From: Patescibacteria group bacterium UBA2196
Lineage (GTDB): Bacteria > Patescibacteriota > Patescibacteriia > UBA2196
Direction: 5' to 3'
NCBI GenBank assembly: GCA_002328025.1
Contig: DCVE01000014.1
Coordinates: 5,882 to 69,881 of the forward strand
Length of the DNA stretch: 64,000 bases
Position 1 is the first letter of the stretch; each line of letters starts with the position of its first letter. This document shows positions 31,766-43,752 of the stretch, in pieces. The translations under genes were made by a program, and so were the position numbers. The notes below the pieces were generated by a model that was given only the letters and a program-made list of their open reading frames with translations, was not told the DNA's origin and did not search any database.

Positions 31766-32143
31766 ATGACTTTAGCCCGTTATTTATTTTTTATGACTGT
31801 GGCGACTTTGTTGTGTTGGGGCGCATTAGCGCTGGTTGTGTTTTTTGTTGATCCAAACGAATCTGGTCTAATTGGTATTATAATTTTCTACGCAGCCGAA
31901 TTTTTTGCTGTCATTGGCACAGCTTCTTTGGTTGGTTTTTTATGTCGTTATTATTTTCAACCCAGAGAATTTTCTCACATTCAAGTTAGAAATTCTTTTC
32001 GTCAGGCAGTGTGGTTGGGTTTTTTAATTACTGGCGCCTTGATTTTACAAAGTTTAAATCTGGTCACTTGGTGGATTTTATTAATTTTGGTTTTGATTTT
32101 AACTGTGTTGGAAATGCTTGTTCTATCACTTAAAAAACAATAA
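31766..32143 (+). CDS. hypothetical membrane protein
   Basis: four predicted TM helices. Confidence 0.3.
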   Translation: MTLARYLFFMTVATLLCWGALALVVFFVDPNESGLIGIIIFYAAEFFAVIGTASLVGFLCRYYFQPREFSHIQVRNSFRQAVWLGFLITGALILQSLNLVTWWILLILVLILTVLEMLVLSLKKQ

Positions 32144-32148
32144 TTTTT

Positions 32149-33192
32149 TTGTTTATGCAAGATTTATTAAAAAATTTAAAAGACGAAATTGAAAATAAAA
32201 TAAAAGCTGTTAAAGACGATGTGGTTTTGGAAAATTTACGCGTGGAATATTTGGGTCGTAAAGGTAAATTTACTGAAGCCTTAAAAAGTATTAAAAAATT
32301 GCAAGCCGAAGAAAAACCGCTGATTGGCAAGCTAGCGAATGAAATTAAATTAGAAATTGAACACATTTTTAATGAAACCAAAAATATTTTGGCTGGTGCT
32401 GGCCAAGAGAAAAATAATAAAATTTATGATACCAGTTTGCCTGGTCAGCCCGTGACACTATCTGGGTTGCATCCCATTACAAAAATTATTTATGATTTAA
32501 ACGATGTTTTTCGTTCTTTAAATTTCGAAATTTACGAAGGCAATGAGTTGTCAAATGAAAAAGAAGTCTTTGATGATTTAAATTTTCCACCAGGTCATCC
32601 AGCCAGAGAATCCATGGATACTTATTGGTTAAAACAGTCAGAAAAAAATTGTGGGGTTGATAGATTGTGTCTACGACCACATTTAACCGGTGCCAGCGTA
32701 CAATACATGCGCACGCACCAGCCACCGTTCCAGTTTGTCTATCCGGGGCGGGTTTTTCGTCTTGAGGCTACGGATGCTGGACATGAGCGTTGTTTTTATC
32801 AATACGAAGCTTTGATTGTGAATAAGGATTTTGCTTTTTCAGCTGGTAAAATTATGATTAACACCATTTTGGAGCGTGTTTTTGGCCATCCCATAGAGAC
32901 ACGTATGCGCGCCGGTTTTTTTCCTTTTGTAGAACCCGGATTTGAAATTGATATGCAATGCCAAGTTTGTCATGGTCACGGTTGTAGTGTGTGCAAACAC
33001 AACGGTTGGTTGGAGGTTATGCCGGGTGGAGCTCCGCACCCCAATGTTTTAAAAGCCGGCGGTTTGGATCCAAAAGTTTGGCAAGGTTTTTATATCAACG
33101 TAGGGCTTGATCGTTTGGCTATGATGAAATATGGTATTGATGATGTACGTTTAATGCATAGTGGGGATCTTCGATTTTTAAAACAGTTTTAA
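32149..33192 (+). CDS. pheS: Phenylalanyl-tRNA synthetase alpha subunit
   Basis: FPPGHPARESMDTYW, class II motifs. Confidence 0.9.
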   Translation: MFMQDLLKNLKDEIENKIKAVKDDVVLENLRVEYLGRKGKFTEALKSIKKLQAEEKPLIGKLANEIKLEIEHIFNETKNILAGAGQEKNNKIYDTSLPGQPVTLSGLHPITKIIYDLNDVFRSLNFEIYEGNELSNEKEVFDDLNFPPGHPARESMDTYWLKQSEKNCGVDRLCLRPHLTGASVQYMRTHQPPFQFVYPGRVFRLEATDAGHERCFYQYEALIVNKDFAFSAGKIMINTILERVFGHPIETRMRAGFFPFVEPGFEIDMQCQVCHGHGCSVCKHNGWLEVMPGGAPHPNVLKAGGLDPKVWQGFYINVGLDRLAMMKYGIDDVRLMHSGDLRFLKQF

Positions 33193-33201
33193 AATCAATT
33201 T

Positions 33202-34251
33202 ATGTCAGTTGCAAAAATTTTTATTCTAACAGTCTTGGCTTTCGTGGGCGCCTTTTGGTGGGCGCCAATTTTGGCACGCTTTTTAACCAAGCACAAAATG
33301 TGGAAAGAAGCGCGTCAGCTTACCACCGATGGTCGGGTGTTGGTGACATTTCAAAAAATAGAAAAAGATCATAAAATTAAAACTCCTCGTGGAGGCGGTC
33401 TTTTAATTTGGGTTACAATTTTATTTTTGGCACTTTTGATGTCTGTGCTTGATAATTTTTTTCCCGGAGTTTTTAGTAATTTAGAATTTTTATCACGTTC
33501 CGAAACATGGTTGCCACTTGGAATTTTGGTTTTGGCTGGAGTGCTTGGTTTTGCTGATGATATTTTAACAGCCAAAGGCAAAGGTAAATATTTGGGTGGT
33601 GGTATGAGTTTAAAACGCCGCATTGTTATGGTTTTTGTAATTGGTTTGGTTGGCGCCTTGTGGTTTCATTTTAAACTTGGTTGGGACACCATCCACCTTC
33701 CATTTTTTGGTGATTTTTATATTAATGGTTTTTATATTCCTCTGTTTGCTATTACCATGGTGGCGGTTTTTTCTTCAGGTGTTATTGATGGCATTGATGG
33801 TCTTTCGGGGGGAGTTTTTGCTCCGCTTTTTGCCACCTATGGTGTGATTGCGTTTTTGCGTGGCCAAACTGATTTAGCTGCTTTTTGTGCCATGATCGCC
33901 AGCACGCTGGCAGTATTTTTGTGGTTTAATGCTCCGCCAGCACGTTTTTATATTGGTGAAACAGGTATTTTGGCTTTGACTACAACTTTAACTGTGGTTG
34001 CTTTTATGACCAACGCTGTTTTGTTATTGCCGTTGGCTGGTGTTATGTTGGTCATCACCACCGCTTCGGATATTATTCAACTTACGCATCGTAAAATTAA
34101 AGGTCATAAATTGTTTCCTGCGGCACCCATTCATCACACCTTTCAACTGCAAGGTATAAAAGATGAAACCATTGTTATGCGTTATTGGATTATTACTGGC
34201 ATGGCTTGCATTACCGCAATTATGATTTATTTATTGGATAAAGGATTATAG
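33202..34251 (+). CDS. mraY: MraY/WecA-family phospho-sugar transferase (likely MraY)
   Basis: GFADDIL, PAAPIHHTFQL...RYWII. Confidence 0.65.
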   Translation: MSVAKIFILTVLAFVGAFWWAPILARFLTKHKMWKEARQLTTDGRVLVTFQKIEKDHKIKTPRGGGLLIWVTILFLALLMSVLDNFFPGVFSNLEFLSRSETWLPLGILVLAGVLGFADDILTAKGKGKYLGGGMSLKRRIVMVFVIGLVGALWFHFKLGWDTIHLPFFGDFYINGFYIPLFAITMVAVFSSGVIDGIDGLSGGVFAPLFATYGVIAFLRGQTDLAAFCAMIASTLAVFLWFNAPPARFYIGETGILALTTTLTVVAFMTNAVLLLPLAGVMLVITTASDIIQLTHRKIKGHKLFPAAPIHHTFQLQGIKDETIVMRYWIITGMACITAIMIYLLDKGL

Positions 34252-34253
34252 TT

Positions 34254-35004
34254 ATGTATCAAATTAAAGAATTATTGAAATATAAAGACTTACAGCATGC
34301 CACTTCAACATTAGAAGACGGAAATATGAGTTTTAAGTTTGATGATGAAAAAACGGTTTTTAATAACAGAAAAAAAATTTTTTAAAAAAATAAAAATAAA
34401 TTCCAAAGATGTTATTGATATGGGGCCTGTGGTTGACAAAGCAAATAAGGTGGTTTTTGTAAAAAAAAAAGACGGTTTGAATTCTTTGGATCAGAAAATT
34501 GAGCCAGTTTGGGGTGATGCCTTAATAACAAACAGAAAAAAATATTATTTAGCCATGAGTTTTGCTGATTGCTTTGGAATAATTTTTTATACACCTAAAA
34601 AAAATGTTTTAGCCCTGGCCCATGCTGGTTACGTTCCAATCAGTGCTGGTATTATTGCTAGGACATTATCTAAATTGAAAAAGGATTTTAAAATAAACGC
34701 AGAAGATTTGTTTTGTGTGGTAACTCCGGGAGCACAAGATTGTTGTTTAAAATATAAAAAAGTTTTTAAATCGGTTTTACAGACAAAAAAAGCCACAGAG
34801 CATATTTATAGACGACAAGGTTATTATCATCTTGATCTTTTAAAATGGATACTGGATGATTTAAAAGATGGGGGTATCAACGAGGTGGTGATAAGTAATT
34901 TTTGCTCCGCGTGTGGTAATAAGAATGTTTTTTATTCAAAAGAAAAACAAAATAAAGGTCTGCAAAAGAAAGGTAGAAATATGTTAATTGTTGGTATGAG
35001 ATAA
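34254..35004 (+). pseudogene. pgeF: pgeF/yfiH (DUF152 purine nucleoside phosphorylase/peptidoglycan editing factor) split by a frameshift in an A8 run
   Basis: frame A (34254-34385) encodes LQHATSTLEDGNMSFKFDDEKTVFNNRKKIF; frame B (34339-35004) carries DALITNRKK...MSFADCFGII...ALAHAGY; 7 instead of 8 A at 34370-34377 joins them. Confidence 0.55.
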
Positions 35005-35010
35005 AAATTT

Positions 35011-35829
35011 ATGGAAAATTTATTTTATAAAATTAAATATTATTTTGGCACTATTTATCGCGGATTAATCGGTCGTTTTCATAATATTTTTGATAAAGCG
35101 CCAGCAATTAAAAGCGGGGCTGAATGGTATTCTTTGGGCGATTCAACTCAGGGTCGCAATATTCGGTGTTATAAATTTGGACAAGGTGAAAAAAAAATAT
35201 TACTAATGGGTGGAATTCATGGCAATGAAGTTGGCACGGTTAAACTTGCGCATAATTTAATTAATTGGTTATGTGGCAACCAATTAAGATTTTCCAATCT
35301 AACAATTTTTGTTGTGCCGTGTTTAAACCCAGATGGAGCTGAAGTTGCCAGACAATTTCCAGACTATAAGCATCGTGGTCGGATTGGTCGTCTCAATGCG
35401 CGCGATGTGGATTTAAACCGCAACTTTCCAACAACTGATTTTATGAGCCAGACAACTTGGAAAACCGGTCGCAATTATCATGATGAAACCATCGCGGTTT
35501 TTGGGGGAGACTTTGCTGGCTCTGAAGCAGAAACAAAAATAATTATGGACCTAATTAAAAAAGAAAACATCAAAAATATCATCGCATTTCACAATATGGG
35601 CAGTGATGTTATGCCGGTGAGTGGTGATGCGGTGGCAGAAACTTGGGCTCAGATTTATTTTAAAAAAGCCAAATTTAAAATCAGATATAATGTCAATTTG
35701 TCCGGTAGCTTGTCCAGTTGGGCCAAAGAAAATAATATTCATTATTTAACCGTCGAAGGTAGTTCACGCTGGGGAAGTGATTGGCATCGACAGTATAAGG
35801 CCATAGAGGAAATATTGGCTTCCATGTAG
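35011..35829 (+). CDS. M14-family zinc carboxypeptidase (murein peptide amidase-like)
   Basis: GGIHGNEVG, NRNFP, IAFHNMG. Confidence 0.6.
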   Translation: MENLFYKIKYYFGTIYRGLIGRFHNIFDKAPAIKSGAEWYSLGDSTQGRNIRCYKFGQGEKKILLMGGIHGNEVGTVKLAHNLINWLCGNQLRFSNLTIFVVPCLNPDGAEVARQFPDYKHRGRIGRLNARDVDLNRNFPTTDFMSQTTWKTGRNYHDETIAVFGGDFAGSEAETKIIMDLIKKENIKNIIAFHNMGSDVMPVSGDAVAETWAQIYFKKAKFKIRYNVNLSGSLSSWAKENNIHYLTVEGSSRWGSDWHRQYKAIEEILASM

Positions 35830-35870
35830 AATATAGAGATATTACTTTTATCATTTACATGTAGGCGTGA

Positions 35871-36416
35871 ATGATAAAACAACAACACAACATATTTATG
35901 CGCAAAAAAGAAAATAATTACGCTTTCATTGATAGTCAAAATTTGAATTTAGGTGTGCAAAACTTAGGTTGGAAATTGGATTATAAAAGATTCATGATTT
36001 ATCTAAAAGATAAGTATGGAGTTTTGGTTGCTTATTTGTTTATTGGTTATTTGCCAGAAAATCAAGATTTATATTCATCTCTTCAAAGAGCTGGTTATTA
36101 TTTGGTTTTTAAACCCACTCTGCCGGATAAAGACGGGGAGATAAAAGGTAATGTTGATGCGGATCTGGTTTTACAAACAATGCTTGATTATGATAAGTTT
36201 GATAAAGCAATTATTGTTTCAAGTGATGGAGATTTTTATTCTCTGGTTAAATATTTATATAAACAAAATAAACTTAAATGTGTTTTGAGTCCTTATGTTA
36301 AAACTTGCTCGGTTTTATTAAAAAGAACTGCTCGGGAAAAAATTGTTTTTATGAATAATTTAAGGCAAAAATTAGAATATAAAAGAAAAACACCGCTAAG
36401 GGACAGAACCACTTAG
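35871..36416 (+). CDS. NYN/LabA-like (PIN-like) domain protein
   Basis: YAFIDSQNLN...VSSDGDFYSLVKYL. Confidence 0.6.
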   Translation: MIKQQHNIFMRKKENNYAFIDSQNLNLGVQNLGWKLDYKRFMIYLKDKYGVLVAYLFIGYLPENQDLYSSLQRAGYYLVFKPTLPDKDGEIKGNVDADLVLQTMLDYDKFDKAIIVSSDGDFYSLVKYLYKQNKLKCVLSPYVKTCSVLLKRTAREKIVFMNNLRQKLEYKRKTPLRDRTT

Positions 36417-36519
36417 AGGTATTTTTCGTATGTATACTGGTTTAAGAATAACATGGTATATAAAAAAAGTCAAACACAAAGCTGTGGATAAATTGTAGAA
36501 TAAATAATTATTAAACTAT

Positions 36520-38979
36520 ATGTTTCTTTCACTAAACTGGCTTAAAACTTACGTTAATTTACCCAAAGGCCTGACAGTCAAACAACTGGCGCACGATTTA
36601 ACCATGTCCACCGTGGAAGTGGAGGGCGTGGAAAATCAAGCTGAAAAGTTTGAGAATATTGTAATTGGAAAAATTGTGGAAATAAAAGCTCATCCCAATG
36701 CTGACAAATTAAAAATTGTCATGCTTGATATTGGCAAAAAAGATTTAGTGCGAGTTGTTTGTGGTGGTACAAACTTGACAGTCAACATGTTGGTGGCCGT
36801 GGCTTTACCTGGCGCCAAAGTCCGCTGGCATGGGGAAGGGAATTTGGTAGAACTGCAAGCCACAGAAATTCGTGGGGAAAAATCTTTTGGCATGATTTGT
36901 TCGGCTAATGAAATTGGTTTAGAAAAAATCTTACCCTGTGGAGAAAAAGAAATTGTGGATTTGAGTGGTTTTTATCCCCTCCTTACGAAGGAGGGGCGCC
37001 TCGACGGAGTCGGGCGGGGAGGTTTAAAACCCGGTCAAAATTTGGCCGAAGCCCTTGGTTTGGATGACACCATTGTTGAATTAGATAATAAATCCATTAC
37101 GCATCGGTCTGATTTATGGAATCATTATGGTGTGGCCAGAGAATTGGCAGTTATTTATAAAACCAATCTTAAACCGTTGGTTTTAAGTCAAGCTAAACAA
37201 AATAATAATAAAAAAATAAAAATTAGCATTGAAGACAAAAAATCCTGTGATCGTTACATGGGTTGTGTTATAAAAAATATTAAAATTGCGCCTTCGCCAG
37301 ATTGGCTGGTAAAAAGTCTGGAAGCAGTAGGTTTGCGTTCAATTAATAACATTGTGGACATTACCAATTATGTAATGTTGGATGTGGGCGAACCTATGCA
37401 CGCGTTTGATATGACCAAATTAAATCAACCACAGATTATTATTCGTAAGGCTCAAAAAAATGAGAAAATTCTAGCTTTGGATGGTGTGGAGAGAAAGTTA
37501 GACGAGTCAATGTTAGTTATTGCGGATAATAAAAACCCTATTGCCATTGCTGGTGTGATGGGCGGAAGTGAGTCTGCGGTGGATGAAAAAACTACCACCA
37601 TAATTTTGGAAGCAGCACATTTTGATGCCGTGACCGTACGTCGCGCAACACAAAAACTAGATTTAAGAACAGATGCTTCTAATCGTTTTGAAAAAAGTTT
37701 GGACCCATGTCTGGTTGAAACTGGTATGCAGAGGGCTTTGACTTTGATTAAAGCAGTAATTCCAAACACTGAAGTTGAAAGTTTGGTGGATGTTAATTAT
37801 GTAAAAAAAGAAAAAATAACTATTACCGCCGAACATGCATATTTAGAAAAAAAAATTGGCCAAAAATTTGAATCGCAAGAAATAGTTAAAATTTTAGAAC
37901 GCCTAGGGTTTGTTGTCAGTAAAAAAACAAAATCAAAAGAAATTGTTTATACTTTGGAAGTCCCCACCTGGCGTTCTAATGGCGACATAAAATACCCGGA
38001 AGATATCGTGGAAGAAGTGGCCAGAATTTACGGCTATGATAATTTACCAGCGCAAACGCAAACCATTGCAATGCATAAAGCTGTCTGGCAGCCAGCCAAG
38101 GAATTAGAACGTCAAATTAAGGTTTTTTTGGCTAATAATGCGGGCATGCAAGAGGTGTTTTGCTATCCGTGGGCTGATACAAAAACCTTGAATGCCTTGG
38201 GTTTTTATGGTAAAATTAGAAAGACAGAAAGTGCTGGCGCAGGTGACAGTAGTTGTCTTGAAACCAGTTTAATTCCCAATCTTCTAAAAGCCACTGAAGA
38301 TAATTTGCGTTATTTTAGTGAGTTTAAAATTTTTGAAGTTGCCAAGATTTTTCCAGCTTCCGGTAGCGAAAAAAAAATGTTAGCTTGTGCGATTGCGACT
38401 GAAAAAAATAAAGATGCTTTTTTAATCATCAAAGGTATTCTGGAAAGTTTGTTAAAAGATTTAAGAATCAAGATTTATGATTTAAAAAATGGAGAAACAC
38501 CAACTTATATTAGCAAAGAAAAAAAATTAAATATTTTTTTAAAAGACAAGAACAGTGGTTGGTTGGGAATGCTGGAAAAAAATATTTATCAGAAATTTAA
38601 TTTTAAAAACAGAGAAATTTGTTTGGTTGAAATAGATTTGGAAGAATTGATTGTAAGTGCTCTTGTGGCGCCAGAAAAAAAATATGCAGTCCTGCCACAA
38701 TTTCCTAGTGTGCAAAGAGATTTGTCGTTTGAATTGGAATGGTCAACAAAATGGGAAAACATAAAAGATGAGATCCTGCGACTCGCTCCGTCTGCCCAAG
38801 ATAAATTAATACAAACAATAGAATTTTTATCAGAATTTGATGCGGGTGAAAAAAAATCTATTGCTTTACGCACTGTTTATCAAGCCAATCGGACATTAAA
38901 AGATGAAGAAGTAGAAGTAATTCAAAATAAAATAATAAAATTAATGCAAGAAAAATTTAATGGGAAATTGAGAGTCTAA
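36520..38979 (+). CDS. pheT: Phenylalanyl-tRNA synthetase beta subunit
   Basis: tRNA-binding N-domain, B3/4, B5 and FDX-ACB-like C-terminus. Confidence 0.9.
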   Translation: MFLSLNWLKTYVNLPKGLTVKQLAHDLTMSTVEVEGVENQAEKFENIVIGKIVEIKAHPNADKLKIVMLDIGKKDLVRVVCGGTNLTVNMLVAVALPGAKVRWHGEGNLVELQATEIRGEKSFGMICSANEIGLEKILPCGEKEIVDLSGFYPLLTKEGRLDGVGRGGLKPGQNLAEALGLDDTIVELDNKSITHRSDLWNHYGVARELAVIYKTNLKPLVLSQAKQNNNKKIKISIEDKKSCDRYMGCVIKNIKIAPSPDWLVKSLEAVGLRSINNIVDITNYVMLDVGEPMHAFDMTKLNQPQIIIRKAQKNEKILALDGVERKLDESMLVIADNKNPIAIAGVMGGSESAVDEKTTTIILEAAHFDAVTVRRATQKLDLRTDASNRFEKSLDPCLVETGMQRALTLIKAVIPNTEVESLVDVNYVKKEKITITAEHAYLEKKIGQKFESQEIVKILERLGFVVSKKTKSKEIVYTLEVPTWRSNGDIKYPEDIVEEVARIYGYDNLPAQTQTIAMHKAVWQPAKELERQIKVFLANNAGMQEVFCYPWADTKTLNALGFYGKIRKTESAGAGDSSCLETSLIPNLLKATEDNLRYFSEFKIFEVAKIFPASGSEKKMLACAIATEKNKDAFLIIKGILESLLKDLRIKIYDLKNGETPTYISKEKKLNIFLKDKNSGWLGMLEKNIYQKFNFKNREICLVEIDLEELIVSALVAPEKKYAVLPQFPSVQRDLSFELEWSTKWENIKDEILRLAPSAQDKLIQTIEFLSEFDAGEKKSIALRTVYQANRTLKDEEVEVIQNKIIKLMQEKFNGKLRV
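36974..37022. repeat. GC-rich palindromic insertion in-frame in pheT
   Basis: cccctcctt-acg-aaggagggg (36976-36996), the same 9-bp arms as the helicase copy; then ctcgac-gga-gtcggg; ends gggaggt; encodes PLLTKEGRLDGVGRGG. Confidence 0.6.
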
Positions 38980-38986
38980 CCGTTAA

Positions 38987-41161
<2,175 letters not shown>

Positions 41162-41200
41162 AATAAAATTTTTTAAATAATAAACATTTGACAATAAATT

Positions 41201-41245
41201 GGGGTTTATGTTAATATATGTACATAAGCCCAAAAGGGCTTTTTA
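41201..41245 (+). terminator. gyrB terminator (two hairpins, the second aagccc-aaaa-gggctt + ttttt)
   Basis: inverted repeats read directly; T-run at 41241-41244. Confidence 0.55.
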
Positions 41246-41270
41246 AAATAGAATTATTCAAACTAAATAA

Positions 41271-41402
41271 GGTGTCATTCCGACCGAAGCGATCCGCCAG
41301 TTGGCGGAGAGCGAAGTGGAGGAATCTTTTATACTAATATTAAATTAGTCAAAGAGATCCCTCGACTCCTAACGGCCTTCAAGGCCGCTCGGGATGACAA
41401 GC
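41271..41402. repeat. 130-bp GC-rich structured element with imperfect terminal inverted repeats (tgtcattccgaccg ... cgctcgggatgaca) between gyrB and secE
   Basis: terminal inverted repeats match the metG mini-element arm; internal ccgcca-gt-tggcgg and ggcctt-c-aaggcc hairpins; tandem GA mismatches; AT-rich core. Confidence 0.5.
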
Positions 41403-41409
41403 AATTATT

Positions 41410-41598
41410 ATGCCTAATAAACTAATCCAATACCTCAAGGACTCTAAAGTGGAACTAAAAAAAGTCGTTTGGCCCACCAAAAAACAGGTCTTAAATCACA
41501 CTTTGTTAGTGATTGGTTTTTCTTTGAGTGCGGCTATTTTTTTAGGCGCAATTGACCTTGGTCTTATTAAGTTGGTGGAAAAAATTATCGCTTGGTAA
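41410..41598 (+). CDS. secE: Preprotein translocase subunit SecE
   Basis: 62 aa, KVVWPTKKQVLNHTLLVIGF single TM. Confidence 0.8.
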   Translation: MPNKLIQYLKDSKVELKKVVWPTKKQVLNHTLLVIGFSLSAAIFLGAIDLGLIKLVEKIIAW

Positions 41599-41617
41599 AT
41601 TTAATAAGTTATTTTTT

Positions 41618-42163
41618 ATGCCCAGACAAAATGAAAATCAAGGCCGGCGTTGGTATGCCATTCATACCTATTCGGGGTATGAGGAAAGCGTGGCCCATAA
41701 TTTAAAACAAAGAATCGATTCTTTGGACATGCAAGATAAAATTTATCAGGTTTTGGTGCCCAAAGAAAAGAAGATAAAAATTAAAAATGGCAAACGTTCA
41801 ACAATTGAAGAAAAAATTTATCCAGGTTATGTGTTGGTAGAAATGTCAGTCACCGACGCCTCGTGGTACGTGGTCCGCAACACTCCCAATGTCACTGGCT
41901 TTATTGGTACCGGCACCACCCCAACCCCCATGTCAGATAAAGAAGTGGAAGAACTGCAGAAACGCATGGGTGTGGAAGAGCCAAAATATAAAATTGATAT
42001 CAGTGTTGGTTCGGCCGTGCGTATGGTGGATGGTCCGTTTAAAGAAATGGAAGGTAAAATTTCTGAAATTGATGAAGGCCGTGGTCGGGTCAAGGTTTTG
42101 GTTTCTATGTTTGGCCGCGAAACACCAGTTGATCTGGATTTTTTACAGATTAAAAAGATTTAA
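41618..42163 (+). CDS. nusG: Transcription termination/antitermination factor NusG
   Basis: RWYAIHTYSGYEESV, KOW region GSAVRMVDGPFKEMEGKI. Confidence 0.9.
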   Translation: MPRQNENQGRRWYAIHTYSGYEESVAHNLKQRIDSLDMQDKIYQVLVPKEKKIKIKNGKRSTIEEKIYPGYVLVEMSVTDASWYVVRNTPNVTGFIGTGTTPTPMSDKEVEELQKRMGVEEPKYKIDISVGSAVRMVDGPFKEMEGKISEIDEGRGRVKVLVSMFGRETPVDLDFLQIKKI

Positions 42164-42253
42164 TATCTGCGTTTATTTATTGATTGGCTTCATCTTGCTT
42201 CTGGATGGAGCTTTAATCACTTAAAATAAACCAACAAAATAATAAATAATAAT

Positions 42254-42676
42254 ATGGCTAGAGAGATAAAAACAATATTAAAATTGCAAATTAAAGCCGG
42301 AGCTGCTAATCCAGCGCCACCCATTGGCCCAGCTTTGGGTCAACATGGTTTAAATATCCAGGAATTTTGTACTAAGTTTAATGAAGCCACTAAAGATAAA
42401 GCTGGTGATGTTATTCCAGCCGAAATTACTGTTTATACTGATCGGACTTTTACTTTCAAACTTAAAACTCCGCCAGCCGCTGAATTATTAAAAAAAGCCG
42501 CCAAGGTTGAAAAGGGTTCTGGCAAACCTTTGGTTGAAAAAATTGGCAAAGTGACCAAAGCTCAAATACGTGAAATCGCCGAAGTTAAAATGGTGGACTT
42601 AAACACCGAAAACATTGAAGCCGCCATGCGCATTATTGAAGGCACAGCCAGACAAATGGGAATTACGGTTGAATAA
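42254..42676 (+). CDS. rplK: 50S ribosomal protein L11
   Basis: [24 protein letters not shown]. Confidence 0.95.
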   Translation: MAREIKTILKLQIKAGAANPAPPIGPALGQHGLNIQEFCTKFNEATKDKAGDVIPAEITVYTDRTFTFKLKTPPAAELLKKAAKVEKGSGKPLVEKIGKVTKAQIREIAEVKMVDLNTENIEAAMRIIEGTARQMGITVE

Positions 42677-42703
42677 GTTTTAAAATTCAAATTATAAATT
42701 TTT

Positions 42704-43630
42704 ATGAAAAAAATAACTAAGCAGCCAAAAACATTAGTGATGGTTTTGATTATGGCCATTGCACTGGCTTTATTAGTTTTTGATATAGTTTGGATTTATA
42801 CCCAGGTGAAAAAAGCATATTTGACACAGGGTTCAGGAGTGGAACTTAATAATGTTGAGCTTAATAGCACTGAGAAAGTTAGCAATGATAAAAACGATAA
42901 ACAGAGTTTTACCTTACGTGGTTTTTTTATTAATAAAGATGTTTCTGCGTGCGGGTACTATAGTGATGGAAAAAATATTTTTTTTGAAGATAATATAATA
43001 GAAAACGCAGATTTGGAAACTTTTGATATAGTTGGACTAACCAATGATTCTTATCTAAGTTGTTTTAAAGAGGAATACACGAGAGATAAAAATTTTGTTT
43101 ATTCGTTTGGAAGAAAAATTGAAGGTGCTGATCAAAATACATTCGAATTGCTGAATCGTGTCTATGCTAAGGATAAAAATTTTGTTTATTCGTTTGGAAG
43201 AAAAATTGACGGAGCCGATTCTGATACGTTTAAAGTGTTGGGTGATTATTATGCTAAAGATAAAAACAGTGCTTATTGTGATCGGAAGAAAATGGATCCC
43301 AGTGTAGATATTAATTCTTTCCAGTCTTTAGATTATAATTATGCAAAAGATAAAAACAGTGTTTATAAACATGGTTTAAAAATTGATAGGGATGTAGATT
43401 CATTCATAATTATCAATAGTATGTATTCTAAGGACAATCTTGGGGTTTATTTTGAAGCAGATTTTGTGCCATTAGAAAAAATTGAAGGAGCTGATCCACA
43501 CACATTCGAAGTTGTCTATCAAAAAAATTCTAATGGCTACATTATAAATGAATATGCAAAAGATAAAAACAATGTTTATAGAGATGGTCAATTAATTGAA
43601 GGCGCAGATCCAAAGACATACAAACCGTAA
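42704..43630 (+). CDS. membrane-anchored DKNYY-repeat protein (six Y(A/T)KDKNxVY repeats)
   Basis: N-terminal TM; repeats YTRDKNFVY, YAKDKNFVY, YAKDKNSAY, YAKDKNSVY, YSKDNLGVY, YAKDKNNVY, each followed by GAD..TF. Confidence 0.6.
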   Translation: MKKITKQPKTLVMVLIMAIALALLVFDIVWIYTQVKKAYLTQGSGVELNNVELNSTEKVSNDKNDKQSFTLRGFFINKDVSACGYYSDGKNIFFEDNIIENADLETFDIVGLTNDSYLSCFKEEYTRDKNFVYSFGRKIEGADQNTFELLNRVYAKDKNFVYSFGRKIDGADSDTFKVLGDYYAKDKNSAYCDRKKMDPSVDINSFQSLDYNYAKDKNSVYKHGLKIDRDVDSFIIINSMYSKDNLGVYFEADFVPLEKIEGADPHTFEVVYQKNSNGYIINEYAKDKNNVYRDGQLIEGADPKTYKP

Positions 43631-43710
43631 AAGCTATACGAATAAAAAAAATATAATGAAGCTGTTTCTACATTTAAATTTATAAAGTAACAAAATAATT
43701 TTTGTGGGAG

Positions 43711-43748
43711 ATCCGCCAGTCCCGGATCGTTGACCACACAACATTTAA
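43711..43748 (+). promoter_or_regulatory. structured GC-rich leader immediately upstream of rplA (candidate L1 autoregulatory site)
   Basis: tgtgg..gatccg-ccagtcc-cggatc..ccaca nested hairpin 5-40 nt before the rplA ATG. Confidence 0.35.
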
Positions 43749-43752
43749 TACT

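Noticed and set aside
41271-41402. tRNA-Trp (often found just upstream of secE) or 5S/SRP RNA
   Set aside because: I could not build a cloverleaf: no 7-nt anticodon loop in a 5-bp stem and no GTTCRANYC T-loop. It is too long for a tRNA, and the weak resemblances to SRP RNA (AAGGC...GGGATG) and 5S (CCGAAG, GAAGTGG) were not collinear. Kept as a structured repeat/unknown RNA instead.
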